64,000 nt of DNA, from NCBI GenBank assembly GCA_964012805.1, contig CAXGUD010000004.1:32001-96000 (forward strand), read 5' to 3'. Origin of the DNA: an uncultured Bacteriovoracaceae bacterium. GTDB taxonomy: Bacteria > Bdellovibrionota > Bacteriovoracia > Bacteriovoracales > Bacteriovoracaceae. Shown here in pieces: positions 31,664 through 41,265 of this stretch. The first letter of the stretch is position 1, and each line of letters starts with the position of its first letter. Made by a program: the position numbers and the translations under genes. The notes below the pieces were generated by a model that was not told where the DNA came from, did not search any database, and worked only from the letters and a program-made list of their open reading frames with translations.

Positions 31664-32302
31664 TTGAATATGCTTAATTTAAGAGTCGTGGCGCTTTCCC
31701 TTGTCGTTGTCTTTATTGGTCTTTTCACCTTTAGGGCCTTAAAAGATGAGCCTAGTAGAAAAATCGCTAGTAGTGATATAGGCCGGGAACAGGCAAGAGA
31801 TATAAGGCCTGAAAAAAAGAAGGCCATTGTTCAAGTTGTAAAAGAAGGGGAGTTGATTCCTGACTATAAGGGAAATGAAATGCTTCTTCAGGATAAAACC
31901 TTAAGTGAAAAGACCTTGGACCTTTCAAAAAAGGCCACAGGTAAATATGAGAAATACCCTATTTACCAAGGAAGAATAGTCGTTGAAGTTCATGGAGGGT
32001 CTGTTCTTGTTCCGGAAAACGTACCTAAAAAGTTCGTTCTTTCTTCAGAGGGAGAACATTCTGAACTTGTCCCAAAAGTCTTTAAGTTTTTTAGTAACCT
32101 TGGCTTTAATCAAGATAATAAAATGAAGGTCGTTCGAGGAGACAGCTTTCTTGCCCTCCGAGGCGATGAAGCGCTTAAGGTTGAGGCCTTCACAGTTAGT
32201 TATAATTGGAATGGTACCGCTAAAAAAGAGACCTGGCTTATGAGGACGATTAACGGTCGCATGTATAAAAAACTAAGAGAACCTCTGATTGCCTCCAACT
32301 AA
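31664..32302 (+). CDS. Hypothetical membrane-anchored protein
   Basis: N-terminal TM helix followed by RKIAS. Confidence 0.7.
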   Translation: MNMLNLRVVALSLVVVFIGLFTFRALKDEPSRKIASSDIGREQARDIRPEKKKAIVQVVKEGELIPDYKGNEMLLQDKTLSEKTLDLSKKATGKYEKYPIYQGRIVVEVHGGSVLVPENVPKKFVLSSEGEHSELVPKVFKFFSNLGFNQDNKMKVVRGDSFLALRGDEALKVEAFTVSYNWNGTAKKETWLMRTINGRMYKKLREPLIASN

Positions 32303-32336
32303 AAAACTAAATTTAGTTAACAAATAATGTTTCTTT

Positions 32337-32362
32337 AAAGGCCCCTTCTGGAGCCTTTTTGT
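32337..32362 (+). terminator. Intrinsic terminator candidate
   Basis: aaaggc...gccttt stem followed by a T run. Confidence 0.5.
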
Positions 32363-32632
32363 TAGGACTTTGTCAGGGATGCGTACAATAATTGTTTGCA
32401 CCCATAGAAATTTTATTGAAATTTAAATAAATCTTAGAGACTTTTAAAAGGACCAAAAAATAAAAATTGATAAAAAAAAGAAATGATTACACCGCCTTAC
32501 TCTGCACCTTCTATTTCCCAAGTGACAATTAATAAAATCAAACTAAGAAAAGTCTAACCCTCTTATAATGGAATGTAGAAAACTTAACAAAAGAAAATAT
32601 TTAATTTTTGTCAATTTCATATTGGGGTCATT

Positions 32633-35600
32633 ATGAAAAGCTTTTGGAAAAAAATTTACCTTTGGTTAGCAGTTATAGCACTTGCCCTCTCTGGCAGCGT
32701 CTACTCTGGTGGTGGTGGTGAAACTGCACAAGAGAAAGCAGACAGGGAGCAAAGGGAACGGGAACAAAAGCAAGAGAAGAGTAAGAAAGCGGGTAAATTT
32801 GAGGATCTGGCCCCTTTAACTTATACAGATGATAAGCAAGAACCCATTTCTCCTAAGGCCCACGGGCGGCTCACAGGTAAATTTTCTATCAGTAAGAAAA
32901 GTGGGTCGGCCGAATACAATATACCCATCACAGTCGCAAAAGGCTTTAAGGGTCTAAGCCCCGGCCTCTCGCTTCATTACCAGTCGGATGGGCAAAATGG
33001 AGTTTATGGCGTTGGATGGAGCTTGGGGGGGATACCATCACTGTCACGCTGTGGTACTAACGCAACAGTCGATGGTGTCGAAACTTATAATAGAGAGGCC
33101 AAGACCAAAGTAGTTGAGAAAGGGAGAAAATATTATATTAAAAACAAGAAAGGTCTTAAGTTTGACTTCAAGGCAGGTGTTAATAAGGGTATGGAATTAA
33201 GACCTTATGATCAGCTTTGCTTTAATGGTGTCAGGCTTAAGCTTAAATCAGGGGATCACGGAAAGAAGGGGGCCGAATATAGATCCATTCATGACCGCTG
33301 GGTTAAGGCCAAAATCACTAGCGCTAACTATGGAAAGTGGATGGTCAATTGCCTTAGCGCCAATCATGAATATTGTATAATTAAAGTTTACGATTCAACG
33401 GGGAAAGTGACGGCTTTTTCCAATTATTCTCACCATGATAAAAGAACCTTTTTTCCTGAGTACACAGAGGATAAGAAAGGAAACAGATTAGAGTATCAAT
33501 GGACAAATGAATACGATAAAGAAACCCTTCTAGCTTCTGTTAATTACGTTTCTAATCCAAAGACAGGCCGTGAGGCCAGCCGAAGAGTTCACTTCTATTA
33601 TGATGACCGCCCCGACAAAAAGAAATCCTATTCAGGTGGTTATGAGTTTAAAAGTTATAAGCGTCTTAAAACAATTGAGGCCCATCACCGAAGTGGGACG
33701 AGTGATTGGCTTGTGACTAATAGATGGCACCTCAAATATAAAAAAAGTAAGACGACAAGAAGAAGCCTTCTTACCTCGGTTCAGCTTTGTGATGGAATGA
33801 CTAACGGGAAATGTCTTCCAGCAACTGAGTTTGATTACTCCGAAGGGGTCAACCCGCTAAAGGCCTTTAGTCAAAACGATAAAGAATACCATTTAGATAA
33901 AGCTTCACCAGAAATCAAATTTGAATCACTGAGTTCGAAGGTCGTGGGAGATGTCAATGGAGACGGCCTTGCTGACCTTGTTTGGGTTGAAAGAGATAAG
34001 GGTAGTCGGAGCGAATGTGGTCCGTTTGAAAAAAATAAGGCCAATGATGGCGTCGATATGGCCTGTAGTAGTTTAAATCAATTCTCTAACGGCCAAAGAA
34101 AATTCGGCCCTAAAAAATGCGTTTGCATGAAAAACGATAGTGAGGCCCCCTCTAGCCTGATTCTTCCTGGGGACCATAACAATGATGGAAAGATGGACCT
34201 TATTTATTTCAGTGCTGTTTCAAAACATTTCACTAACCATAGAGTTATGGTTGTTAGAGGAGGAGTGAATGGATTTGAAGAACCTAGCTTTATTGAAAAT
34301 GAGGAAAGGAGTGAAAGTGTTCATCTAAACAACAAAACGTCATGGGGTATGTTAGGCGATTTTGTCTATAGAGGGGACGTACACAGCAAACAGAGCGTAA
34401 AAGATCTAGGCAAAGAGCAATGGGGCACTAACTACCCTCGAATGTTGGGTGATTTTAACGGTGACGGTATTAAAGACATGTTGGGTTTTGCCCATAATAA
34501 TGTCGTTGTTCACTTGGGAGAGCTTAAAGGGAACAATAAAGATAAGGCACGACTTGGCTATGGTTCAAATTGGTTAAGCCAAATGACAAAAGGTAAAGGT
34601 GGATGGAACTCAGATAAACATCCTCGGATGACGGGTGATGTGACAGGAGACGGTCTAGCAGACATTATTGGGTTCGCTAGTAAAAATGTTTCAGTCGCCG
34701 TTAACACAGGACAAGACTTTTTAGATGGCAGAAATTGGCATAGTGGAATGGGGTCTAGTGATGGATGGAAACTTCACCGCCATAAAAGGATCATGAGTGA
34801 CGTTAATGGTGATGGGCTGATGGACATTATCGCCTTTGGTGAACAGAAAACTATGGTCTATGTTAGTACTGGGTCGTCTTTTAAGTGGTTTTGGGATTCA
34901 AAAGATTTCGCTGCCAAAGAATGGGATGAAGGAAATGAGCCAAGGTTTGCTCAAGACCTAAATGGCGATGGTATGGCAGACCTCATTGGTTTTAGTAATG
35001 ATGGACATATTGTTGTTCGATACGCTACCGGAACGGGTTTTGGTCCTTTGCATTCGGTTAGTTCTAGCGGGATTATGACGGGTAAAAACAATTGGACAGG
35101 GGAGAATAACCCTAGAATGTTTGCGGATGTTAACGGAGATGGACTCCCTGATCTTATTGGATACGCAAATAATTGGGCCAATGTTGTTATTAACCAAAAT
35201 GCCGATGCGGAGAGAGGGATTCCCGCTGATAAGATAGTGAAAGTAACAGATGGTTATGGAGAGCCTCTAGACATAGAGTATGCCACAATCATTCATGGAG
35301 AAAAAGGACTTAGAAAGGCAACAGGTCAACTTGGTGGAAAGGACGTCCCTCATTACCAATCGACAAAAACTTATAAGTACCCTCAAAGTGGCAACGTGGG
35401 GAGTGAACCGATCGTTAAAAAGACCACGCTCTCTAATTCTGCCGGAACGGATGTCGAAACTGAATACTTCTATCAAAACATGAGTAATAACGTTAATGGG
35501 CTCGGTTCAGAAGGGTTTGAGATTTTTGTCTCAAAAAATGTTGAAACAGGCGCCCATGTTGAGGAGAAATTCCTCCAACCTTTTCCAAAATCAAGAAAGC

Positions 35601-38600
35601 CTAAGTGGAGGTATGTGAGAGACGCCGATGGCAATGTATCGGCTTCGGAACAATATACTCACACCAATGCTTCCCAAGATAATGATTATTCTAGTGGCTC
35701 AAATGACTCTTGGATTACGGATAACCTCCATGAGATAAGGCAGGCCGAACATATAAGTTATAATGGCTGGGAAGGAAGTATAGCTGAAACCAACAGAACC
35801 AAATCGTATTATGGCAAATCAGGACTTAATTATAAAATTGAAGTCATACCAACAGAAATTGGTGGTGATAAGGGTTATGTTAAATGCAACCAATTTCTCG
35901 TAGACGAGGACAGATGGCTTATTTACCTTCCGACAGAAGAAAGAACCAATAAGGCCGGAGAGGGTTGTTACTTTGGTAATGAGTTAGGTGATTCCATTAG
36001 CGCTAAAAGACTTACCTACAATAGCTATGGAGAGGTGACAAGTGAAGAGGTCCTCCTTCCTAATAGTCAAAAGAACACTACACAATATTCCTGGGATAGA
36101 GATGGCGGCCTTCTAAAAATGATAGAGCCTAATGGTGCTAGAACAACCTATGAGCTCGATAATGGTAAATACGGCCACATGTTTAACACAAAAACGTGTA
36201 ACGAATATAACCATTGTGAACTTAGGACTTACCACCACACAGGCCAGGTGGCGACTAAGATCTCCACAACTGGGACCATAAGTAAGGTGGTCGTAGACAG
36301 CTTTGGTAGAACAACTGAAATGTGGGGAGCGCACAGAGATCCGAATGTCCCTATGGAAGACGAGTCCGACCTCTATAAGTTGCGGGCAATTGCCTACAAA
36401 AAGCCTTTAAATAAAAAAGATGGGGTCTTATTGGTCAAAAACTGGATCAGGAGTTCGTGGGATACGCTCAAAGTTAATGCAGTCAGAGGAGGAAAAGGTT
36501 CAAACCTCTTTGAATTTGAGTACATTGACGTTGTCGGAAACAAAATTAAAACCGAAAAAAGTGGGCGGAAAATTGGAGAAACAAAAACGTGGACCGTGAA
36601 GTATAATTCCGCGGGGCAAGTGATAGAAAAATTCGACCCTCATTCGATTGACGGTAAAGCGGATGTTAATCAGGTGAAGTTTGAATTCTATCCTGGCTCA
36701 CCAAGGATTAAAAGGAGTTGGAACCCGAGGACAAACGTAGACGTTACTTACACTTATGATGATTATGGTTTAACGACGATTGAAAGTTACCCAAGTCCAA
36801 GTAGTGATGGCGGGGGCCGCCGTACGGTGACAAAAGAGAAAACCGTTAACGGTAAACTCCTTCGAAAATATACAGATGGGGATGAGTCCACGGCGATGGT
36901 TTACGAATACGATCATGCCAATGCCTTAATAAAGAAAACGGACCCGAAAGGTGGCGTCACAACGATTACGAGAAACCAAGTAGGTCAGGTGACTAAAACC
37001 TGTAAACCAGACGCAGGCTGCACCGAAGCTGAGTATTGGAAAAATTCCGGTAAGGTGAAGCTGACCCGAGACGCTAACGGTGATGAAACGAGGATGTGGT
37101 ACGATAAGTTAGGAAGGGTTACAAAAGTCACTAATAATCTAGGAACCACAGAAAATAAATACGACCAAGGTGGTGGTTTAAAAACAGGGAAGTTAACGAA
37201 AGTCCTCTATCCTGATGGGGCCATTAGGACTTATGACTATAACCGTGATGGAGACGTGACGACCAACGTTTTTGTCCTCCCGGAAAATAAGGCGATAGCA
37301 GGGGTTAGGGTTTTCACTTCAACGGTTGAAGCGGATGGAACTCAAGTTCTTCCAACGGGTGACAAGATAAGCTATGGCTTTACAAGAGGCCAGCAAGATA
37401 GTGTGTACCTTAATGGCAACCTCGTTTATAAAGTCAAAACTTTTGATCATACAGGAAAAGCTGGACACGTTGAGTTTGGAAACGGTCTCCAAAAATTTAA
37501 TGAGTTTGATAGCCTCGGGAGGCTTAAGAGGCACAGGACTTATAGTAAGGATTGGAGGGTCGTTCATGGTGAGGCAATAACTTATCATGAGTCAAATAGT
37601 AAAATTACCAAAGTTGAAAGACTCGATATGACAGATGTAAGGGAATTTACTTACGATCAACAAGGTCGAATGTCTTCTTCCGTCTATAGGGGTAAAAACC
37701 AAAATTATGGTTACGATAAAAACTCCAACATGATTAGCATGGGGAATGATACTTATATATTAGATACTGTGGGGAACCGTACGTGGGGGGCAAAAGTTGG
37801 TGGGAAGGACATTTTTTATAGGTATGATAACGCTGGAAATGTCATTTCTAAAAGAAAAGGTGGTAAGACCACAACATTTGAGTACACGAATGGGACTTTG
37901 ACAAAAATCAAAGGGCCTAATGGCGACACAATCCTAGATGGCCGAACAAGAATTGATCCTGATGGCACTAAAACAACGATGGTTGAAGGGATTAAGTTTG
38001 TTGAAAGAAACGGCAAGTTGACCCATAGTTTTGATGTGACGGCCTTTGGAAAAAGAATTATGGCCGTGACAAGAAATGGGGCGCCTAATTTGGCCGCCAA
38101 TTCTATCCGCCACAATAGCTTCAAACTTCAAGCGGGGATGTTTGACCCCACGACCTTAACAGGCGCTTACGGATTTTTGAAAAATAAAATTGGTGAGCTT
38201 CTTACAAGAGACAATATAGTTAACGAACTTTTAATTGGAACGAGCTTTGTCTTTTCTATAGGACTGATGCTTGCCATGCTTATAAACATCTTTAGAAGGC
38301 GCGCACAGGGGAAAGTCAAATGGTGGCATTACCCCATGATCGTCCTTTTCTTTACGGTCACGACGACCCTTCCGGTCTCCGCCATCACCCTCGATCCAGG
38401 GTCAAACGGGAAGGCCCAACTCGAAGTGGGTGAAACCTATTTCCATAAAGGCTATATAGGTGGTACCCAGGCAACGTCCGATGGAACTGGAAAAATGAAA
38501 GGGCGTGTGTCTTACGATATCTTCGGAAAACTTGCCTACAAACAAGACGGGGCGAAAGACAACTTCGCCGCCAAAGGTTTTGGTAAAGAATTAGCTCAAG

Positions 38601-39727
38601 ATCAAGATGGTATCGTCTTTCACGGAAAGAGGCTCTTTGATCAAGACATAAACCGCTTTATGAACGTCGACCCCGAGGCCCAGTACCCGTCATCTTATAG
38701 ATACGCAACTGACCCGGCCTCAAACTACGACCCAACTGGTGGATTCGTGTTTACGATAGGTCTCATTATCGGTCTTGTCGTCGCCGGTCTTGCAACAGGG
38801 TTTGCGATGGCAGCGAGTATCTCCGGTACGGCCAAGTTCTGGGAGTGGGATGCCGCCACTTGGGGATTCTTTGTCTTAGGTTGTGTTATAGGTGCGGCCC
38901 TTGCCGTCGCTACAGGGGGAGCCGGTAATGCAGCCGTCGCTTCCTGGGCAGCAGCGAGTGGTACAACTTCAGCCGCACTCGCCGGGACGTGGACAGCTTT
39001 TGCGATAACCTCCGCTGTCGGCTTCGCCATAGGTGTCGGTGGTGCCATGGTAACCGGTGCCATTGTTCAAGGTGGTCAGATAGCGACGGGGCGACGAACA
39101 TCCTTCGATTGGGCAGAGTGGGGGAACTATGTTCTCAATAATGGTGTTATCGGTGGTGCTATAAGTATCGGTGCCGGTGGTCTTTTTAAACTAGGGGGCC
39201 AGGGATTTCAAGCGCTCGCTAATAATACTGCCGCCTCTACCAGTAAATGGGGGAAAGGGGTCAATTGGATAGCGACGAAGTTTGCAGGTGGTGGAGCCGA
39301 CGGTCTGGTCGACGCCATAGATGCGCCGGCCACAGGAAGTTGGGGCGGTCATATGAAGAGTGTGGCATCAAACATCTCTAAGCAGGCCTGGGAGAATATG
39401 GATACGACGATACTTACGGGGGCGGTAAAATTTGGGGGATCCGCGATGGTCTGGGCAGGGTTTAAGGATTGTGAAAGCGGCGCAGCGTGTGTCGCGTTGT
39501 CTACAGCCGGAGCGGTATTAGGCAGTATGAAGGTAGGGACTACTTCATGGAAGTACGAAGGTTCGGCACAGTACAAGCTTACCACGGGAACCGGTAATCT
39601 CACCGCGGATACGCTAGCCCTGGTAGGTGAGAAGCTTACGATTATGGAAACGACCGAGTTTGAGTCCTGGAATAAGACTGGGAGCACTTACTGCAACGAT
39701 CACGCCGCAGATGGGGTGTGTCAGTAA
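32633..39727 (+). CDS. Secreted SpvB/FG-GAP/RHS-YD repeat protein (Tc toxin B-C-like fusion) with a Gly/Ala-rich hydrophobic C-terminal domain
   Basis: Signal peptide; SpvB-like GSAEYNIPI...PGLSLHYQS...GVGWSL; GDVNGDGLAD repeats; YD repeats; RHS core end PASNYDPTG (38729-38740) followed by a tail of about 328 aa. Confidence 0.9.
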   Translation: MKSFWKKIYLWLAVIALALSGSVYSGGGGETAQEKADREQREREQKQEKSKKAGKFEDLAPLTYTDDKQEPISPKAHGRLTGKFSISKKSGSAEYNIPITVAKGFKGLSPGLSLHYQSDGQNGVYGVGWSLGGIPSLSRCGTNATVDGVETYNREAKTKVVEKGRKYYIKNKKGLKFDFKAGVNKGMELRPYDQLCFNGVRLKLKSGDHGKKGAEYRSIHDRWVKAKITSANYGKWMVNCLSANHEYCIIKVYDSTGKVTAFSNYSHHDKRTFFPEYTEDKKGNRLEYQWTNEYDKETLLASVNYVSNPKTGREASRRVHFYYDDRPDKKKSYSGGYEFKSYKRLKTIEAHHRSGTSDWLVTNRWHLKYKKSKTTRRSLLTSVQLCDGMTNGKCLPATEFDYSEGVNPLKAFSQNDKEYHLDKASPEIKFESLSSKVVGDVNGDGLADLVWVERDKGSRSECGPFEKNKANDGVDMACSSLNQFSNGQRKFGPKKCVCMKNDSEAPSSLILPGDHNNDGKMDLIYFSAVSKHFTNHRVMVVRGGVNGFEEPSFIENEERSESVHLNNKTSWGMLGDFVYRGDVHSKQSVKDLGKEQWGTNYPRMLGDFNGDGIKDMLGFAHNNVVVHLGELKGNNKDKARLGYGSNWLSQMTKGKGGWNSDKHPRMTGDVTGDGLADIIGFASKNVSVAVNTGQDFLDGRNWHSGMGSSDGWKLHRHKRIMSDVNGDGLMDIIAFGEQKTMVYVSTGSSFKWFWDSKDFAAKEWDEGNEPRFAQDLNGDGMADLIGFSNDGHIVVRYATGTGFGPLHSVSSSGIMTGKNNWTGENNPRMFADVNGDGLPDLIGYANNWANVVINQNADAERGIPADKIVKVTDGYGEPLDIEYATIIHGEKGLRKATGQLGGKDVPHYQSTKTYKYPQSGNVGSEPIVKKTTLSNSAGTDVETEYFYQNMSNNVNGLGSEGFEIFVSKNVETGAHVEEKFLQPFPKSRKPKWRYVRDADGNVSASEQYTHTNASQDNDYSSGSNDSWITDNLHEIRQAEHISYNGWEGSIAETNRTKSYYGKSGLNYKIEVIPTEIGGDKGYVKCNQFLVDEDRWLIYLPTEERTNKAGEGCYFGNELGDSISAKRLTYNSYGEVTSEEVLLPNSQKNTTQYSWDRDGGLLKMIEPNGARTTYELDNGKYGHMFNTKTCNEYNHCELRTYHHTGQVATKISTTGTISKVVVDSFGRTTEMWGAHRDPNVPMEDESDLYKLRAIAYKKPLNKKDGVLLVKNWIRSSWDTLKVNAVRGGKGSNLFEFEYIDVVGNKIKTEKSGRKIGETKTWTVKYNSAGQVIEKFDPHSIDGKADVNQVKFEFYPGSPRIKRSWNPRTNVDVTYTYDDYGLTTIESYPSPSSDGGGRRTVTKEKTVNGKLLRKYTDGDESTAMVYEYDHANALIKKTDPKGGVTTITRNQVGQVTKTCKPDAGCTEAEYWKNSGKVKLTRDANGDETRMWYDKLGRVTKVTNNLGTTENKYDQGGGLKTGKLTKVLYPDGAIRTYDYNRDGDVTTNVFVLPENKAIAGVRVFTSTVEADGTQVLPTGDKISYGFTRGQQDSVYLNGNLVYKVKTFDHTGKAGHVEFGNGLQKFNEFDSLGRLKRHRTYSKDWRVVHGEAITYHESNSKITKVERLDMTDVREFTYDQQGRMSSSVYRGKNQNYGYDKNSNMISMGNDTYILDTVGNRTWGAKVGGKDIFYRYDNAGNVISKRKGGKTTTFEYTNGTLTKIKGPNGDTILDGRTRIDPDGTKTTMVEGIKFVERNGKLTHSFDVTAFGKRIMAVTRNGAPNLAANSIRHNSFKLQAGMFDPTTLTGAYGFLKNKIGELLTRDNIVNELLIGTSFVFSIGLMLAMLINIFRRRAQGKVKWWHYPMIVLFFTVTTTLPVSAITLDPGSNGKAQLEVGETYFHKGYIGGTQATSDGTGKMKGRVSYDIFGKLAYKQDGAKDNFAAKGFGKELAQDQDGIVFHGKRLFDQDINRFMNVDPEAQYPSSYRYATDPASNYDPTGGFVFTIGLIIGLVVAGLATGFAMAASISGTAKFWEWDAATWGFFVLGCVIGAALAVATGGAGNAAVASWAAASGTTSAALAGTWTAFAITSAVGFAIGVGGAMVTGAIVQGGQIATGRRTSFDWAEWGNYVLNNGVIGGAISIGAGGLFKLGGQGFQALANNTAASTSKWGKGVNWIATKFAGGGADGLVDAIDAPATGSWGGHMKSVASNISKQAWENMDTTILTGAVKFGGSAMVWAGFKDCESGAACVALSTAGAVLGSMKVGTTSWKYEGSAQYKLTTGTGNLTADTLALVGEKLTIMETTEFESWNKTGSTYCNDHAADGVCQ

Positions 39728-39764
39728 GCGAAAAGGAACCGATCTAGGTCACATCAAAGCTAAT

Positions 39765-39799
39765 GGTGTAACTTAACAACTATAAACCTAAGTTACACC
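39765..39799. repeat. Perfect 11-bp inverted repeat GGTGTAACTTA-N13-TAAGTTACACC
   Basis: Read directly. The RT stop codon (39788-39790) overlaps the right arm. Confidence 0.9.
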
Positions 39800-41017
39800 G
39801 ATTCGACTAAAAACATACAAATCCCTGGAGTGAGCCTCCAGGGCTTTTTTGTTTCTGCATCTTTCATCGTTTGTGACTAAGCAACATGCATGAACGTGGG
39901 GTTTCTTTAGTCTTTGCCTTTGCCCTTGCCCTTGAGTCCTGCTTGGTCCGCCGCCAACTTTTTTGCCCCCGTGCTCTGCCTTTTGTCCTTTTCCTCTTAA
40001 AATGTCGTAAGGGCCAAAGTCCATTTCTGGAACTCCTCCCTTAACCCAGCTCACCCAACTCTTAAGATAATTGCCAGCGGACTTTTGCTCACCTCGCTCA
40101 TAAAGCCGGATCAATTTATCTTGGCATCTTTTAAGGGTGTCTGGGGCGGGTTCTAAGCGTTTGTGTTTCCTCTTTCCTTCCTTGACTTCATTGACTTTGA
40201 TTTCCTTAACTTCCTTAACTTCAGGACGGAGGATATAACCCAAAAACTTAAACCCATTATCTTTTATCCTCCCGATATAGGTTTTATCGGGGTGCTTTTC
40301 TACCTTTAATTTGTTTAGGACCTGATTGACGGTTTTCACCACCCGCCTTAGCTTATGCCTGGAATCAGTCATCACCACCCAATCATCCATAAACCGCGTG
40401 TAATAAACCGCGAGCTTTTCCTGCATCCGATCCATCACTTCATCTAGTGTTTTTAAATAAAGTGCTGCCATTAAAGGGGAGAGGGGGCAGCCTAGGGAGA
40501 TCCCCCGCTCGATGTCTTTGTACGTCCCTCCCCACTCAACGGTCCTTTTTAAGTACTGCCAGACGATCCGCCTTAAGTAGGGTTCACGGACGAGTTCGCA
40601 AAACTGGTTATAAAGGATTGTGTGGTCAATGGAAGAGTAGTAGCTTTTGACATCACTTTTCATGACGTATTTATAATCCCTCATCTTTTTTAAGCATTCC
40701 CTAATGGCAAACTTCGCTCCCCCGTGCCCTTTAAGGTGGGTGCAGCTTTTTGAGATTTGGGGTTTTAGCTTTTTTTCTAATTTCAACGTGATGGCTTTTA
40801 GGACAAGGGAGTCTGACGAGGTCCAAAGAGACGTCTGTTTGCCTTTAATTTCAATTATTCTAACGGGAGAGAGTTGATAGGTCCCGTTTTTTATTTGGGA
40901 GGCAATTTGAGGGAGCCTTTTTAAACGGTGCCTTCGAAGCTCCCAGATGTCTGAATTTGGTGAGTGGTTTTTTCTTTGGTTTATAAGCCAGCTATAGGCC
41001 TTTACGAGAACCTTCAT
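39788..41017 (-). CDS. Stand-alone reverse transcriptase, group II-like/unclassified
   Basis: KSDVKSYYSSIDH, RGISLGCPLSPL, YTRFMDDWVV, HPDKT and GFKFLGY motifs. No HNH domain; low-complexity C-terminal extension. Confidence 0.92.
   Translation of the reverse strand: MKVLVKAYSWLINQRKNHSPNSDIWELRRHRLKRLPQIASQIKNGTYQLSPVRIIEIKGKQTSLWTSSDSLVLKAITLKLEKKLKPQISKSCTHLKGHGGAKFAIRECLKKMRDYKYVMKSDVKSYYSSIDHTILYNQFCELVREPYLRRIVWQYLKRTVEWGGTYKDIERGISLGCPLSPLMAALYLKTLDEVMDRMQEKLAVYYTRFMDDWVVMTDSRHKLRRVVKTVNQVLNKLKVEKHPDKTYIGRIKDNGFKFLGYILRPEVKEVKEIKVNEVKEGKRKHKRLEPAPDTLKRCQDKLIRLYERGEQKSAGNYLKSWVSWVKGGVPEMDFGPYDILRGKGQKAEHGGKKVGGGPSRTQGQGQRQRLKKPHVHACCLVTNDERCRNKKALEAHSRDLYVFSRIGVT
39823..39850 (+). terminator. 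Rho-independent terminator for the RHS transcript, lying inside the 3' end of the RT ORF
   Basis: CCCTGGAG-tgagc-CTCCAGGG followed by cTTTTTT. Confidence 0.75.
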
Positions 41018-41265
41018 AGGAGAGGCGGCTTAGCACACTCCTTGAAGAACATTAAAAATTCATAATTTTATAGATTTAAAACCCAATCGGAAACTCTAAA
41101 CCAAGAGTGAGGGAGTTACTATTGTAAGAGTTATAAGTAAAAGGACTATCATCGTATGGAAGGTCATTCATAATTTTTACCTTTTTAAATAGACCCAAAA
41201 AGTATCAATAAAAAGAAAACTTTCTTTAATGAATGTTTAAAGTAGGGGATAGTGAATGAGAAAAG

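Noticed and set aside
34420..35190. Repeats inside the RHS gene as a possible DNA repeat element
   Set aside because: These are diverged protein-level FG-GAP/VCBS repeats.
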